Positions 20,389-34,939 of a stretch of 64,000 bases of DNA are shown one piece after another; the first letter of the stretch is position 1; the number at the start of each line of letters is the position of its first letter. The notes beneath the pieces were generated by a model. It searched no databases, was not told the DNA's origin, and worked only from the letters and a program-made list of their open reading frames with translations. The position numbers and the translations under genes were made by a program. This stretch comes from an uncultured Gemmatimonadales bacterium. GTDB taxonomy: Bacteria; Gemmatimonadota; Gemmatimonadetes; Gemmatimonadales; Gemmatimonadaceae. Location: contig CAWKMU010000003.1 of NCBI GenBank assembly GCA_963850905.1, positions 704,001-768,000 on the forward strand, read 5' to 3'.

Positions 20389-20775
20389 GTGCTTGTGAAA
20401 GCATGGATGAGTGGCGCGATCGCCGGTCTCGCGGTCGTCGCTGTCGGATTTGGAGCGATGCACGCGCAGCAACCCGGACCACAATCCCAGCGCTTCCCGC
20501 AATTCGAGAACGACAATGTGAAGGTCTGGCGATCACTGGTCGTCCCCAACTCGCCCCTGACCCTGCATCGCCACGATCATCCCCGCGTGATCGTCGCCCT
20601 CAACGGCGGCACGATGAAGATCGAGGTGCAGAACGGCCCGACGGAGACGCACGTGTGGGAAACCGGTAAAGCCTACTGGCTGCCCGCCAACCCGCCCAAC
20701 ACGCTGCACGTCGATGTGAACGCCGGCGACAAGCCGATTGAGGTGATGGTGGTGGAGTTGAAGCATGAACATTGA
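20389..20775 (+). CDS. Secreted cupin-domain protein
   Basis: Signal peptide; FENDNVKV, LHRHDHP, HVDVN and VELK. Confidence 0.75.
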   Translation: MLVKAWMSGAIAGLAVVAVGFGAMHAQQPGPQSQRFPQFENDNVKVWRSLVVPNSPLTLHRHDHPRVIVALNGGTMKIEVQNGPTETHVWETGKAYWLPANPPNTLHVDVNAGDKPIEVMVVELKHEH

Positions 20776-20895
20776 GGCTGGACGCTAGACGCTGGACTCT
20801 GGACGCTAGAGACAAACCTCGGGGCCAGCGCAGTGCACCGCCGCTGGCCCCGAGGTTTCCTTCCAGCGTCCAGCGTCTAGCGTCCAGCGTCTAGC
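20776..20895. repeat. Mirrored T(G/A)GACGC heptamer arrays around an 8-nt-loop hairpin
   Basis: TGGACGC/TAGACGC array 20779-20810, hairpin 20814-20858 (loop AGTGCACC) and reverse-complement array 20862-20895. Confidence 0.9.
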
Positions 20896-21449
20896 AGTCC
20901 CAACACCCTCATCAACGTCGCCGCGTCATAGTACTGGCGCATGCGCCGGATGCGACCGTTCTCGATATCGTACACGAAGCAATAGCGCAACTCCCCGCCC
21001 CGGCCGGTCGGCGGGATCGTACCGGTCGGCGTCACGAGCGGGCCGGTGTGCGTACCGCGCCCGACGAACTCGAGGACTGTGCCGTCCCCATCGGCGCGCA
21101 TCGCCGTGATGACAACCTTGCCGTCGGGGAACGCCGTGGCCTGGCTCTCCGCATGGGCCCGCGCCGTACGCGCACCGCGCAACGTGGTCTCGAATGGGAT
21201 GAGCTCGACGTCGACATCGTCGGCCAACACGGCCTCGTAGCTGTCGAAATCCCGCGCATTCCAACACTCCACCAGGTGATGCACCAGTTGCCGGTTCGAC
21301 GCGATCGCCGCGAGCATGCCCATGTCGGCGGCCTCATCCTGCGCGCTCCGCTTCGCCTCGGTCGATCTCGCTCCCATCGAGGCCTGAGACGGCAGCGGGG
21401 ACGTGCTCTCTCGATCACCAAATGCGCTCGTGCGTTCTGACGGGGCCAC
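20877..21449 (-). CDS. SnoaL-like / ester cyclase family protein
   Basis: AFPD, GTHTGPL...IPPTGR and RQYYD motifs; AGGAGG RBS before GTG 21449. Confidence 0.85.
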   Translation of the reverse strand: MAPSERTSAFGDRESTSPLPSQASMGARSTEAKRSAQDEAADMGMLAAIASNRQLVHHLVECWNARDFDSYEAVLADDVDVELIPFETTLRGARTARAHAESQATAFPDGKVVITAMRADGDGTVLEFVGRGTHTGPLVTPTGTIPPTGRGGELRYCFVYDIENGRIRRMRQYYDAATLMRVLGLLDAGR

Positions 21450-21680
21450 GGGCCACCTCCTGCAATGAACGGGATGGGAGGAGTACGAACGCCCCCGCCA
21501 ATGCGGCTCGACGGACGCGCCTTCACGACGCACAACGCGGGTCCTCTGGACGTTGAGCGGCCAAGATCTCATGTCAAGCTCAACCGCCACTAAGTTTCCG
21601 CCCATGTCCGGAACGGGCCGTCACGACTCCGCACAGGTCCGCGTCCCGCCGGGATCGAAGCCGTCACCGACTCGTTCTCC

Positions 21681-22808
21681 ATGAGCGCGCCACCGCGTCG
21701 CGTTCAGCTCGCCGTCGTGGGCGGGGGCATCCTCGGTCTGGCACACGCCTATCTCGCCGCGAAACGGGGCCGGTCCGTGGCGCTCTTCGAGCGGCATCCC
21801 ATGGCGTCCGGGGCGTCCGTCCGAAATTTCGGCACGATCTGGCCGATCGGTCAGCCCGCTGGTGAGATGCACGACCTCGCGCTCCGCAGTCGCGCCCTGT
21901 GGATCGACATGCTGCGCGAAACCGGGTTGCCCTACCTCCCGACGGGATCGCTCCACCTCGCATACCGCCGCGACGAGCTGGATGTCCTGCAGGAATTCGC
22001 AGAGCTCGCGCCAGACCTCGGCTATCATTGCACGCTCGAGTCGCCCCGCGCGATCGCGGAGCGCACTGCCGCCGTGCGGTCCACCGGACTGCTTGGCGGT
22101 CTCTGGAGCGACACCGAGCTCACCGTGGACCCACGCCGCATCGTCGGCGCACTGCCCGCCGTCCTCCGCGACTTGGGCGCCGACGTGCAGTTCGCGTGTC
22201 CGGTGGTGGGCATCGACCTCCCTCGCATCGAGACGTCGCGAGGCACCTGGGAGGCGGACTCCGTCGTCGTGTGCTCCGGCGACGATTTCGAGACGCTGTA
22301 TCCCGAGATCTTTGCCGCGAGCGGATTGACCCGCTGCAAGCTGCAGATGATGCGAACCGCGCCACAGCCAGCCGGGTGGCAGCTCGGCCCGGCGCTCGCC
22401 GCCGGACTGACATTGCGGTTCTACAAAGCGTTCCGCGCCTGCAAGAGTCTGGACGCGCTGCGCGCCCGGATCGCCGCCGAGCGGCCCGCGTATGATCAGT
22501 GGCACATCCACACGCTCGTTGCCCAAACCGCTGACGGCGCGATCACACTGGGCGACTCGCATGAATACGGCGACGCGCCCGGCGTGTTCGATCGTGCCGA
22601 GATCGATGCGCTCATCCTCGATGAGGTCCGCACATACTTGCAGCTGCCCGAGTGGCGGCTGGCCGAGCGCTGGCACGGCATCTATGCGTGGCACCCCGAG
22701 TACCCGGTGATCACGCGCGAGCCAACGCCGGGCGTCCGCATCGTCACCGGGGTCGGTGGCGCCGGCATGACGCTGTCATTTGGCCTCGCGGAGCGGACCT
22801 TCCAATGA
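21681..22808 (+). CDS. FAD-dependent oxidoreductase, TIGR03364-like (phosphonate-cluster amine oxidase)
   Basis: VVGGGILGLAHA, GASVRNFG, CKLQMMRT, LGDSHEY and GGAGMTLSFG motifs; ATGA-coupled to phnX. Confidence 0.88.
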   Translation: MSAPPRRVQLAVVGGGILGLAHAYLAAKRGRSVALFERHPMASGASVRNFGTIWPIGQPAGEMHDLALRSRALWIDMLRETGLPYLPTGSLHLAYRRDELDVLQEFAELAPDLGYHCTLESPRAIAERTAAVRSTGLLGGLWSDTELTVDPRRIVGALPAVLRDLGADVQFACPVVGIDLPRIETSRGTWEADSVVVCSGDDFETLYPEIFAASGLTRCKLQMMRTAPQPAGWQLGPALAAGLTLRFYKAFRACKSLDALRARIAAERPAYDQWHIHTLVAQTADGAITLGDSHEYGDAPGVFDRAEIDALILDEVRTYLQLPEWRLAERWHGIYAWHPEYPVITREPTPGVRIVTGVGGAGMTLSFGLAERTFQ

Positions 22809-23587
22809 CCGACAGATTCTCGCACCTCACGGGCATCATCCTGGATTGGGCGGGCACGATCGTCGATCACGGCAGCCTCGCGCCGGTCATCGCGATGCAA
22901 CGCGCCTTCGCAGCGGCCGGCATCGCCGTCACACCGGCCGAGATTCGTGCACCCATGGGGTTGCCCAAGAAGGAGCACATTCGTGCGATTGCACAGGCCA
23001 GGCACCTGGACGCCGATGTCGACGCCCTGTACGCCAGTTTCATCCCGCAGCAGATGGAGAGCCTCACGGCGCACTCGGATGTGATCACAGGCGTGAGCGA
23101 CACGATTGCGCGCCTGCGCGCACGCGGCCTCAAGATCGGATCGACGACAGGCTACAGCCGCGCCATGCTCGACTACGTGTTGCAGCAGGCACGCACGCAG
23201 GGCCTCGCGCCCGACTGTGCCCTCGCCCCGGAGGACGTCGGTGGAGGCCGGCCCATGCCATGGATGTGCTACGAAGCCGCGGTGCGGATGCGCGTCTACC
23301 CGCTCTGGACCCTGGTGAAGATCGGTGACACCGAGGCCGACATCGACGAAGGCCGCAACGCCGGCCTGTGGACGATTGGCGTCGCCCGCACAGGAAATGA
23401 GATCGGCCTCTCTGAGCGCGACTGGCACGCACTGGCCGCCGACCGCCAGGCCGCGCTCTTGGCGCTCGCCCGCGATCGTCTCCGTGCCGCGCGCGCCGAC
23501 TACGTCATCGACGCCGTCGCCGATGTGGAGCCGACGCTGGAGGCAATCGATGCGCGGTTGGCGCGCGGTGAAAGGCCGCACGGCTGA
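22805..23587 (+). CDS. phnX: Phosphonoacetaldehyde hydrolase (phosphonatase)
   Basis: DWAGTIVDHGS, PMGLPK (Schiff-base Lys region), GRPMPWM and KIGDT..DIDEGRNAG. Confidence 0.93.
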   Translation: MTDRFSHLTGIILDWAGTIVDHGSLAPVIAMQRAFAAAGIAVTPAEIRAPMGLPKKEHIRAIAQARHLDADVDALYASFIPQQMESLTAHSDVITGVSDTIARLRARGLKIGSTTGYSRAMLDYVLQQARTQGLAPDCALAPEDVGGGRPMPWMCYEAAVRMRVYPLWTLVKIGDTEADIDEGRNAGLWTIGVARTGNEIGLSERDWHALAADRQAALLALARDRLRAARADYVIDAVADVEPTLEAIDARLARGERPHG

Positions 23588-23766
23588 ACAGCGGGCCAGG
23601 GGTCAGGGGTCAGGGAACAAATCGAAAGGCTGATCACGATGCGCCGCGTCCGGCCTTGGGCCGGTAGGGGCGACGCATTGCGTCGCCCGTTGTTGTCGTT
23701 GCCGTTGTCGTTCCCTGACCCCTGACCCCGGACCCCGGACCCCGGACCCCTGGCCCCGCTGTTCAG
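23584..23766 (+). repeat. Complete modular intergenic element
   Basis: TIRs CTGAACAGCGGG / CCCGCTGTTCAG, GGGGTCA arrays, degenerate hairpin 23627-23656 and REP 23664-23688. Confidence 0.92.
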
Positions 23767-23899
23767 CCTTGGAAGGCATACACCAGAGGATCAAGGGGTC
23801 GGGATTGGCAGCACCTCGACATCCTAACTGATCGTGGCTTCGTTATGGTCTACTTTCTACTTTCTGCAGTTCGACTTTCTCTTGAATGCCCCGAGCGCC

Positions 23900-28429
<4,530 letters not shown>

Positions 28430-28467
28430 AGGGGAACACTAAGGCCGGGGGCGACACGCGCCTACAC

Positions 28468-28666
28468 CGCGGGCGCTCCGCGCCCGAGAAAGTAGAACGA
28501 CAGAAAGTAGAGAGTAGAAGACGGCCGCACGCCGGGTCTGCGTGCCAACTGCCTCGCGGGCATGCGCTTTGCTTTCTGGGAAAGGAAACAGGGGCGGAAA
28601 GCAGACGGGAGTTGTCTACTTTCTACTTTCTGAAGGTCTACTTTCTCGGGCGCGCAGCGCCCGCAG
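28468..28666. repeat. Mirrored AGAAAGT heptamer arrays bounded by GNA-loop mini-hairpins
   Basis: Hairpins at 28470-28486 and 28647-28663 in inverted orientation; arrays at 28487-28520 and 28614-28646. Confidence 0.85.
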
Positions 28667-28675
28667 GAGTGAGCG

Positions 28676-28930
28676 ATGCTACTCTGGTGGATCATCGTGG
28701 GACTCATCGCCGGTTGGGCAACTGGGAAGATCATGCGCGGATCGGGCTTCGGACCGTTGCTCGACATCATCATCGGCATCGTCGGCGCGGTCATCGGCGG
28801 GTATGTCATGTCCGCACTCGGTTTCGCCGGTCAAGGCGGCACCATCTACACGATCGCGGTCGCAATCATCGGCGCCTGTATTCTGGTGGCCCTCGTCCGG
28901 CTCATCACCGGCCGTCGCGCCCCGGTTTAG
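28676..28930 (+). CDS. GlsB/YeaQ/YmgE (transglycosylase-associated) membrane protein
   Basis: WIIVGLIAGWA..IM and GIVGAVIGG motifs; AGGAG RBS. Confidence 0.92.
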   Translation: MLLWWIIVGLIAGWATGKIMRGSGFGPLLDIIIGIVGAVIGGYVMSALGFAGQGGTIYTIAVAIIGACILVALVRLITGRRAPV

Positions 28931-29045
28931 GACTCTTCTTTCTTCTTTCTTCTTTCTCCTTTCTCCTCTCCCCTTTCTCCTCTCCCCTTTCTACGGCCGC
29001 GCAGCGGCCGTTGTCGTCTCCTCTCTCCTTTCTCCTTACTCCTCT

Positions 29046-29417
29046 CTACGACCGCGCGGCGGTCGTTGCGCTCCACGCGAGTAGGCCGGCGAACACGAGC
29101 GTCATCGCGACCAGGACCGCGCCGGGAACGCCGGCGACCGTGCCGAGCGTCCGGGCGAGCAGCGGGAGCGGCCCAAGTGCCGCGATCCAGGCGAGCAGTG
29201 CCGCCCAGGCGACGACGGCGCACGTCGCCGCCGTGAGTCCGGCCGCCACCGGCGGCTTCGTGTTCTTGCTCGACCAGATACCCCACGCCAACCCGACGAC
29301 CGGGACACCCCACCACCCGACAACCCACGTCGCGACGCCGAAACAGAGCGTAAGTCCCGCGCACACAGCCGGCGGAGCGAGTTCGACGCGCCGCCTGGGG
29401 AGGGCCGGGGTGCTCAT
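29046..29417 (-). CDS. Small hypothetical membrane protein
   Basis: Hydrophobic, contains GWWGVP; ATGA-coupled to the upstream acylase. Confidence 0.7.
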   Translation of the reverse strand: MSTPALPRRRVELAPPAVCAGLTLCFGVATWVVGWWGVPVVGLAWGIWSSKNTKPPVAAGLTAATCAVVAWAALLAWIAALGPLPLLARTLGTVAGVPGAVLVAMTLVFAGLLAWSATTAARS

Positions 29418-31903
29418 CGTGACGGCCTCAGCGTCAGGACGGACCGGAGGTCCGCTTCGGCCAGGTCGCTGGCGTGGCGCGGGAAGCGCACCGGATCGAG
29501 TGAGCCAGAGAGCCAAAGCGACAACCGATCCGCGTAACGCGAGCTGACCGGATTGCCGGACTGGCCGCCCGGGTACACGGCCCACGCGTGCACCTCGGGA
29601 CCGAGTTGCACGACCATCCGCCAACTCGCGCCTTCGGTGCCGGCACCTGAGGAGGGGTTGAGCGTTTCAGGGCCGCCCTGCATGGGCAGATCGAGGCGCG
29701 AGAACGCGGGGATGTGCAGCAAGTGGAAGATGTTCGCGTGCTGCACGTGGTCCCAACGCCAGCCCCCCTCCGCTGGTGGCCCATACCGCTGCACGGTGCT
29801 GTCGTATCCCGCCACGAGACTAGCGGCGAGCATCGCATCGCGGTTCGGCAAACCCGATCTCGCCACGATCGCGGGCCACCATGTGGCCGTCGAGTCGTGC
29901 AGCAGTTCCGCCAGGACCATGCCCGACACGACGCCCCGCCGGCGCAGCCGCGACGGCAGCACGACGATCGCGTCACCCACGCGCATGACCATTCCGTGCA
30001 AGGCAGCTTCGAAGAGCACGGCGCGCTCATTCGAGCGGGCGTACCGGCCGCTCCACTCGGACAGGAGTCGCGTAGCCTCGTGCAATGTCGGGGTCCCGCG
30101 GCCGGCGCTGTCTTCACGATGCGCAGCCGACAGGAAGAACGGCAGGAAGAAATCGGCGCGCGAACTGCCCGCATCCGTTTGCCAGCGCCGCATGTCGTCG
30201 GGACCGACCGTCGCACTTGCTCGCAGCAGCCTGTTGATGTTGATCGCTCGCCAGGGAGGCGGCCAATCGGCTCCGAAATACACCGCGCGGTTGGGAGCGG
30301 AGCTCGACGGATCGATCGGCTCCTGGTTGGCCGACGCGAGATACCCTTGCGACGGATCGATGGCAGTGGGGTACTCATCGAGCGGGAGCACGCCGCGCCA
30401 ATCACTGGCGGACGTCGAGCCGTCGCGCACGACGTCGCCGCGCCCATCACCCGGGCGCAGCGGAAATGTCCCCGTGGAGCGCATCGCGATCGAGCCCGCC
30501 CGGTCGGCCACCAACATGTTCTGCGCGGGAACGTCGTAGCTCGCCATGCTCCGAAGCCACCCCGCGACCGAAGTGGCGTGCGGCGCGTCGAGCAACGCCG
30601 GCAGCGCGCCACCCGACTCGAGTGCGGTCCATCGCATCGACAGCCAACGCCCGCCGATCCGGCGCATCGGGCCTCGATGCGTAGCCAGCAGGGTATCCGC
30701 CGCAATCTCGACGCCGTGCTGATCGCGATAGTGCTCGACGTACACCGCAAGTGGTCGCCACCCCCCGTCGAGCTGATAGCGGCGCGGATGCACCGAGTCG
30801 TCGACGGTTTCCGCATAGAGATCGAGCACATCGGCGCCGGTGTTCGTGAATGTCCAGGCGACGTCGCGCGTGAACCCGATGATCACCCCCGGCCCGCCAG
30901 TAATCGTCACACCAGCCACATCCAGTCGCCCTGGGACGACGAGGTGGACTTCGTACCAGATCGATGGAAGTGTGAGGTCCAGGTGCGGGTCGCCCGCGAG
31001 CAGCGCAAACCCGGATCGCGTGCGCCGGGGCGACACCGCCCAGTTGTTGCTGCCGAGACCTCTCGCTCCAGCGGAAGACTCGAGGGGACCCATGTCCAAC
31101 GCTTCGGTGGCGCCAGAGTCGACGATGGCTCGAGGTGGCGCCAGCGTGGGAAACCGCCCGGCCAGAAAGTGCGCGTCGGCTCGCCCAGTCGGGACGATCG
31201 GCTGCTGCAGAGGGCTGTGCAGGGGGAGCAACACCCGCGCGACCGTGTCGCCCACGAGCGCCGCGAGGCGAAGTCGGTCGAGTCCGGGATCGTTGGACGC
31301 CAGCGTGAGTGACATCCGGCCGAGTAGATAGAACGCATCGACGGGCGTCCACGGCGTCGGGCGGCGGTTCAGCAGCCGGTACTCGATCGGCAGGTCACTC
31401 GGCCTCATGTCCGCGATCCACGCGTTGACACCATCCCCATACGCGCGCAGCACATGCGCGAGCGACGACGCACTGTCCACCTTGCGGAACGCCTCGTCTG
31501 CCGCGCGCGGCAACCCAAGTCGCCGCGTCCGTCGGTCAGCGTCGACGCCCGGCTTGCCGATCAGTTCGCTCAACGTCCCGGCACCGGCTCGTACCTGTAG
31601 CTCGATCTGAAACAACCGGTCTCGCGCGACCACGTATCCGAGTGCGCGGTAGGCGTCATCCTCCGATGTCGCGAAGATGTGTGGCACCCCGCGACTGTCG
31701 TACCGGACGTCGACGTCCCCCCGCAGACCGGGAACGCGCCCGCCAGCCGTCCGAGGAAGTTCCGCGCTGCGCGCAACGCCCCAGACGCCGTGGACCGGAT
31801 CCAGTAACCGTCCGAGCGGAGGAAGCGGACCGAGTGGCAATGCGCCCACGGCGGCGGTCGCCGCGAGACACAATACTCCCAGCACACGGTGCGCCCTCAG
31901 CAC
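29414..31903 (-). CDS. Penicillin acylase family Ntn-hydrolase
   Basis: GVPHIFA, ARDRLFQ, GSNNWAV, GDPHL and PGGQSG motifs. Confidence 0.95.
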   Translation of the reverse strand: MLRAHRVLGVLCLAATAAVGALPLGPLPPLGRLLDPVHGVWGVARSAELPRTAGGRVPGLRGDVDVRYDSRGVPHIFATSEDDAYRALGYVVARDRLFQIELQVRAGAGTLSELIGKPGVDADRRTRRLGLPRAADEAFRKVDSASSLAHVLRAYGDGVNAWIADMRPSDLPIEYRLLNRRPTPWTPVDAFYLLGRMSLTLASNDPGLDRLRLAALVGDTVARVLLPLHSPLQQPIVPTGRADAHFLAGRFPTLAPPRAIVDSGATEALDMGPLESSAGARGLGSNNWAVSPRRTRSGFALLAGDPHLDLTLPSIWYEVHLVVPGRLDVAGVTITGGPGVIIGFTRDVAWTFTNTGADVLDLYAETVDDSVHPRRYQLDGGWRPLAVYVEHYRDQHGVEIAADTLLATHRGPMRRIGGRWLSMRWTALESGGALPALLDAPHATSVAGWLRSMASYDVPAQNMLVADRAGSIAMRSTGTFPLRPGDGRGDVVRDGSTSASDWRGVLPLDEYPTAIDPSQGYLASANQEPIDPSSSAPNRAVYFGADWPPPWRAININRLLRASATVGPDDMRRWQTDAGSSRADFFLPFFLSAAHREDSAGRGTPTLHEATRLLSEWSGRYARSNERAVLFEAALHGMVMRVGDAIVVLPSRLRRRGVVSGMVLAELLHDSTATWWPAIVARSGLPNRDAMLAASLVAGYDSTVQRYGPPAEGGWRWDHVQHANIFHLLHIPAFSRLDLPMQGGPETLNPSSGAGTEGASWRMVVQLGPEVHAWAVYPGGQSGNPVSSRYADRLSLWLSGSLDPVRFPRHASDLAEADLRSVLTLRPSR

Positions 31904-32072
31904 TGACGGTACGCCAGACTCTTGACTCGCGGGACGGAAGGCACCGATGGCGGCGAATGAGACCGAGCAACCAATGGCCGCGGATCAGTTGCATGACCTG
32001 CCGTGCTGGGCAACTATCCCCGGACGCTGACCAAAGATGGTCACGCGCGGCGCGCACCGGGAGTTCAGACAG

Positions 32073-34067
32073 CTATCGTCGCGTCGACCCTTGCGGCCCG
32101 TTGGTAACGCTGTCCACTTTCGCACGCCTCGCCAGCGAATCGAGTAGCACGCGCAAAGAGTCCACGCGATGGCGGCGCCGTGCAATCTCCGCTCGAATCG
32201 CGAGCACGCTGTCGGTCGAGCGGCCGGCGCGGGAGTTGGCGGGCGGCGTCGGGGGGCGATTGAGCGCCTGGGAATAGGGCACGCCACCACTGGGCGGTCG
32301 ATCGATGACGGGTTGGTCCCCGCGCGGGATCGGAGCGGCGCCGGGCGTAAAGACAGGCGCGGGATTTCGTCCCAGTGGCGGCCCGGTGTGCATCGCTTCG
32401 GCCGACGGCGAAAGACGCCCGTCAGGCGCCGCACCAATCGGCAGACGCGGCAGGTCAGGTGTCTCCGGCATCGCGCCGGCGGTGTCCATTGACGCAGTGT
32501 CGGTGCCCGAGGACGCGGTGTCCGCCAGCGCAGTGTTATCCGTTGGCGCGACCGCCGCAGAGCCAGGAGCGTGGATGGCGGCAGGATGCGTTGCCGCCGA
32601 CTGAGATCCCCGGTGACCGAACGGCGACCGTCCGAGCATCAGCATACTGACGGCGGCCGTCGCACACGCCGCGAGCACGAGACACGCGGCGACGACGAGT
32701 AGCTGACGTGCGCCCGAGTACTCCGAGCGAAGCGGCCAGACGGCGGCGCTGTTGACTGAGCGCTGTCCGCCCGCGCCAGCCACCGCCAACGCATGGTCGA
32801 GCGCCGGCTCCCCGGTGGATGGGAGCGGCTGGTCGGCATCGGTCGCGTCCACATCAGTCTCGCCCGAGGGGCGCCACGCTCGTAGTACCGGCGTGGCCGG
32901 CTCGCGACTGGGACGGCGGCTGGCCGGGCGCTCGAGAGCCGCAGCGTTGTGGGCCTCGGGCTCGCTTGGTGTGTCGGTCTCGGCCCCGGAGGGCACGGTC
33001 TCCAGTGCCGGAGGATCCGTGGCCGCCTTGACCGCCGTTGGTGAGAGTCGCGGCGCGCCGTCAGGGGCTCGGGTCGGCGTCGTGGGCTCGGCGGACTTGG
33101 ATCCCGACGTTCGTCGCACTGGGATCGGAGGCGGCGCGGCCGTCCGGACGGTGGAGGCCTTGGCATCCGAGTCGTACAAGGCCGCGAGGGCCTCGAGCGG
33201 AATCGCGACGGTGGGCTCGCCACCGACGGCAGACCCCGTCCAGGGCTCGAGCGGAGCCGACAGGTCCACCGGGACGTCATGATCCAACACCTCGTGCACT
33301 GCGCGCGGTGGTTCGACGGCGGCGACTTTGTCGCGCGCTTCAGTCCAGGGCTGGCCGACGACCACACCACTGCACGCGCACCCAAGGCGCGGCGCGAGAT
33401 CCACCACCCGCCGCTCCCGCTTCGACACGCGGAATGCGACTTCCGCGAGGAAGTCGCGTCCGCTGGGCTCGATCAACGTGTAGCCGCGCTTCTCGACATA
33501 CAGCCAGTTAGGAGCCGGTGCGCCGCCCGGAAGCGAGTAGAATCGGCGGGCATCGCGCAGCAAGCGTTCCTCGACCTCACGGGGCTGCGCCGCGACATTG
33601 ATCCCGCGCTTGGTGAGGCTTCGCAGTAACGCACCCGGTGTCGCGTGCCGATCGATGGATGCATCCCCACCACCGGGGCAATCGCCGACATACGTGATGT
33701 GTACGCCGTGGTGGCCCGCGCGCGCCCGGAGGTATCGCGCAGCCGCGACCGGCGGCGATGCGAGCGGCAGGAGGTGCGGCAACAGGCTCTCGATGCGGCG
33801 CATGCGCTCCCCCACGCGCGGGCAGGCGCACAGCACGACCGACCCCTGTCCGCGCGCCGCGATCTCGCGCAAGCAGCCCGATGCGACAAGCTCATCCCCC
33901 CAGCTCGAGGGGATCACCGCGCTGTAGCCCGCGGCGTAGCACGCGTTCACCAGCTGCCCCGGCGTTGCCGGACGGGCAGCCAAGAGCGCGTCCGCGCCGA
34001 GGATGATGATCGCGGGCGTCAGGGTCGCTTGTCTCGGGGAAGTTGCGGCCCCCTGAGGTGTGGCCAT
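32073..34067 (-). CDS. Hypothetical membrane-anchored protein with a Cys-containing, [FeFe]-hydrogenase-large-subunit-like N-terminal domain
   Basis: PGQLVNAC, WGDELV, LCACP, LASP, YVGDCP and GCAC; long Pro/Ala linker and one TM segment. Confidence 0.6.
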   Translation of the reverse strand: MATPQGAATSPRQATLTPAIIILGADALLAARPATPGQLVNACYAAGYSAVIPSSWGDELVASGCLREIAARGQGSVVLCACPRVGERMRRIESLLPHLLPLASPPVAAARYLRARAGHHGVHITYVGDCPGGGDASIDRHATPGALLRSLTKRGINVAAQPREVEERLLRDARRFYSLPGGAPAPNWLYVEKRGYTLIEPSGRDFLAEVAFRVSKRERRVVDLAPRLGCACSGVVVGQPWTEARDKVAAVEPPRAVHEVLDHDVPVDLSAPLEPWTGSAVGGEPTVAIPLEALAALYDSDAKASTVRTAAPPPIPVRRTSGSKSAEPTTPTRAPDGAPRLSPTAVKAATDPPALETVPSGAETDTPSEPEAHNAAALERPASRRPSREPATPVLRAWRPSGETDVDATDADQPLPSTGEPALDHALAVAGAGGQRSVNSAAVWPLRSEYSGARQLLVVAACLVLAACATAAVSMLMLGRSPFGHRGSQSAATHPAAIHAPGSAAVAPTDNTALADTASSGTDTASMDTAGAMPETPDLPRLPIGAAPDGRLSPSAEAMHTGPPLGRNPAPVFTPGAAPIPRGDQPVIDRPPSGGVPYSQALNRPPTPPANSRAGRSTDSVLAIRAEIARRRHRVDSLRVLLDSLARRAKVDSVTNGPQGSTRR

Positions 34068-34143
34068 TGCGCGGGAGTGAAAGTGCGTGGTGCCAAGAGG
34101 ATCCCACTACCCGACGAACGGCGGACCCGCGGATAACAGGGCC

Positions 34144-34357
34144 GGGGCAAAGGGCAGGGTCAGGGGTCAGGGGTCAGGGGTCAGGGGTCAGGGGTCAGGG
34201 GTCAGGGAACAAATCGAAAGGCCGGTTGCAGCGCACCCTGATCGGCCTCGGACCGGTAGGGGCGACGCATTGCGTCGCCCGCCGTTGCCGTGGTATTGGC
34301 CGTTGTTGTCCCCTGACCCCTGGACCCTGACCCCTGGACCCTGGCGCCGCCGTTCAG
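34144..34357 (+). repeat. Modular intergenic element with expanded heptamer array
   Basis: Six perfect GGGGTCA at 34163-34204, hairpin 34219-34248, REP 34256-34280, inverse array, ending GCCGTTCAG. Confidence 0.92.
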
Positions 34358-34363
34358 CCACCC

Positions 34364-34939
34364 CTACGATGCCGCGGCGATCACATCCACGATCTCCCGC
34401 ACCGTGCTCGCCCCGTGGTCGCGCGCGTACCAGCGGCGCACTTCGCGGTAACGGCTCTCCTTGTCGAGCGGCCGCCCCTCGGTCATGACCCACGTCTGCA
34501 GCTCGCGGGGACGCGGACCCCAGAACCCCTGTTCCTGGTACGCGGCGTCCAGGATCAAGACGATCGGAATGGACCGTGCGCCCGCGGTCAGATGGGTGTC
34601 CATGAGGTCGAGATTCGCATCCCGGGGCAGGATGCGCAGGTCGACGTTGGGCGCACGTTCCGTAAGTCTCGCCATCACGGGCACAGTATTCACCCCGTCG
34701 CCACACCAGTCCTCGACCAGGACCAGCAGATGCCACTGCCGCCCGGCCGCGATGACGCGCGCGACCTCTGCGTCGCTGACCTGGGCCCGCGCGTACACGG
34801 CGCGCCACAGGTCGGCGTTTGCCCGTGCGGAAGCCAGGAAATCGGTGAACGTCAGTCCAGTCTCGTACCGCTCGCGGGTCACGACCCCGACTGCCAGACG
34901 CTCACCGAGGCCCGCTGGCGTACCAGCGGGCGTTGTCAC
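34364..34939 (-). CDS. Thioredoxin-family protein (Thioredoxin_9-like)
   Basis: EDWCGD, RSIP and WGPRP motifs. Confidence 0.88.
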   Translation of the reverse strand: MTTPAGTPAGLGERLAVGVVTRERYETGLTFTDFLASARANADLWRAVYARAQVSDAEVARVIAAGRQWHLLVLVEDWCGDGVNTVPVMARLTERAPNVDLRILPRDANLDLMDTHLTAGARSIPIVLILDAAYQEQGFWGPRPRELQTWVMTEGRPLDKESRYREVRRWYARDHGASTVREIVDVIAAAS

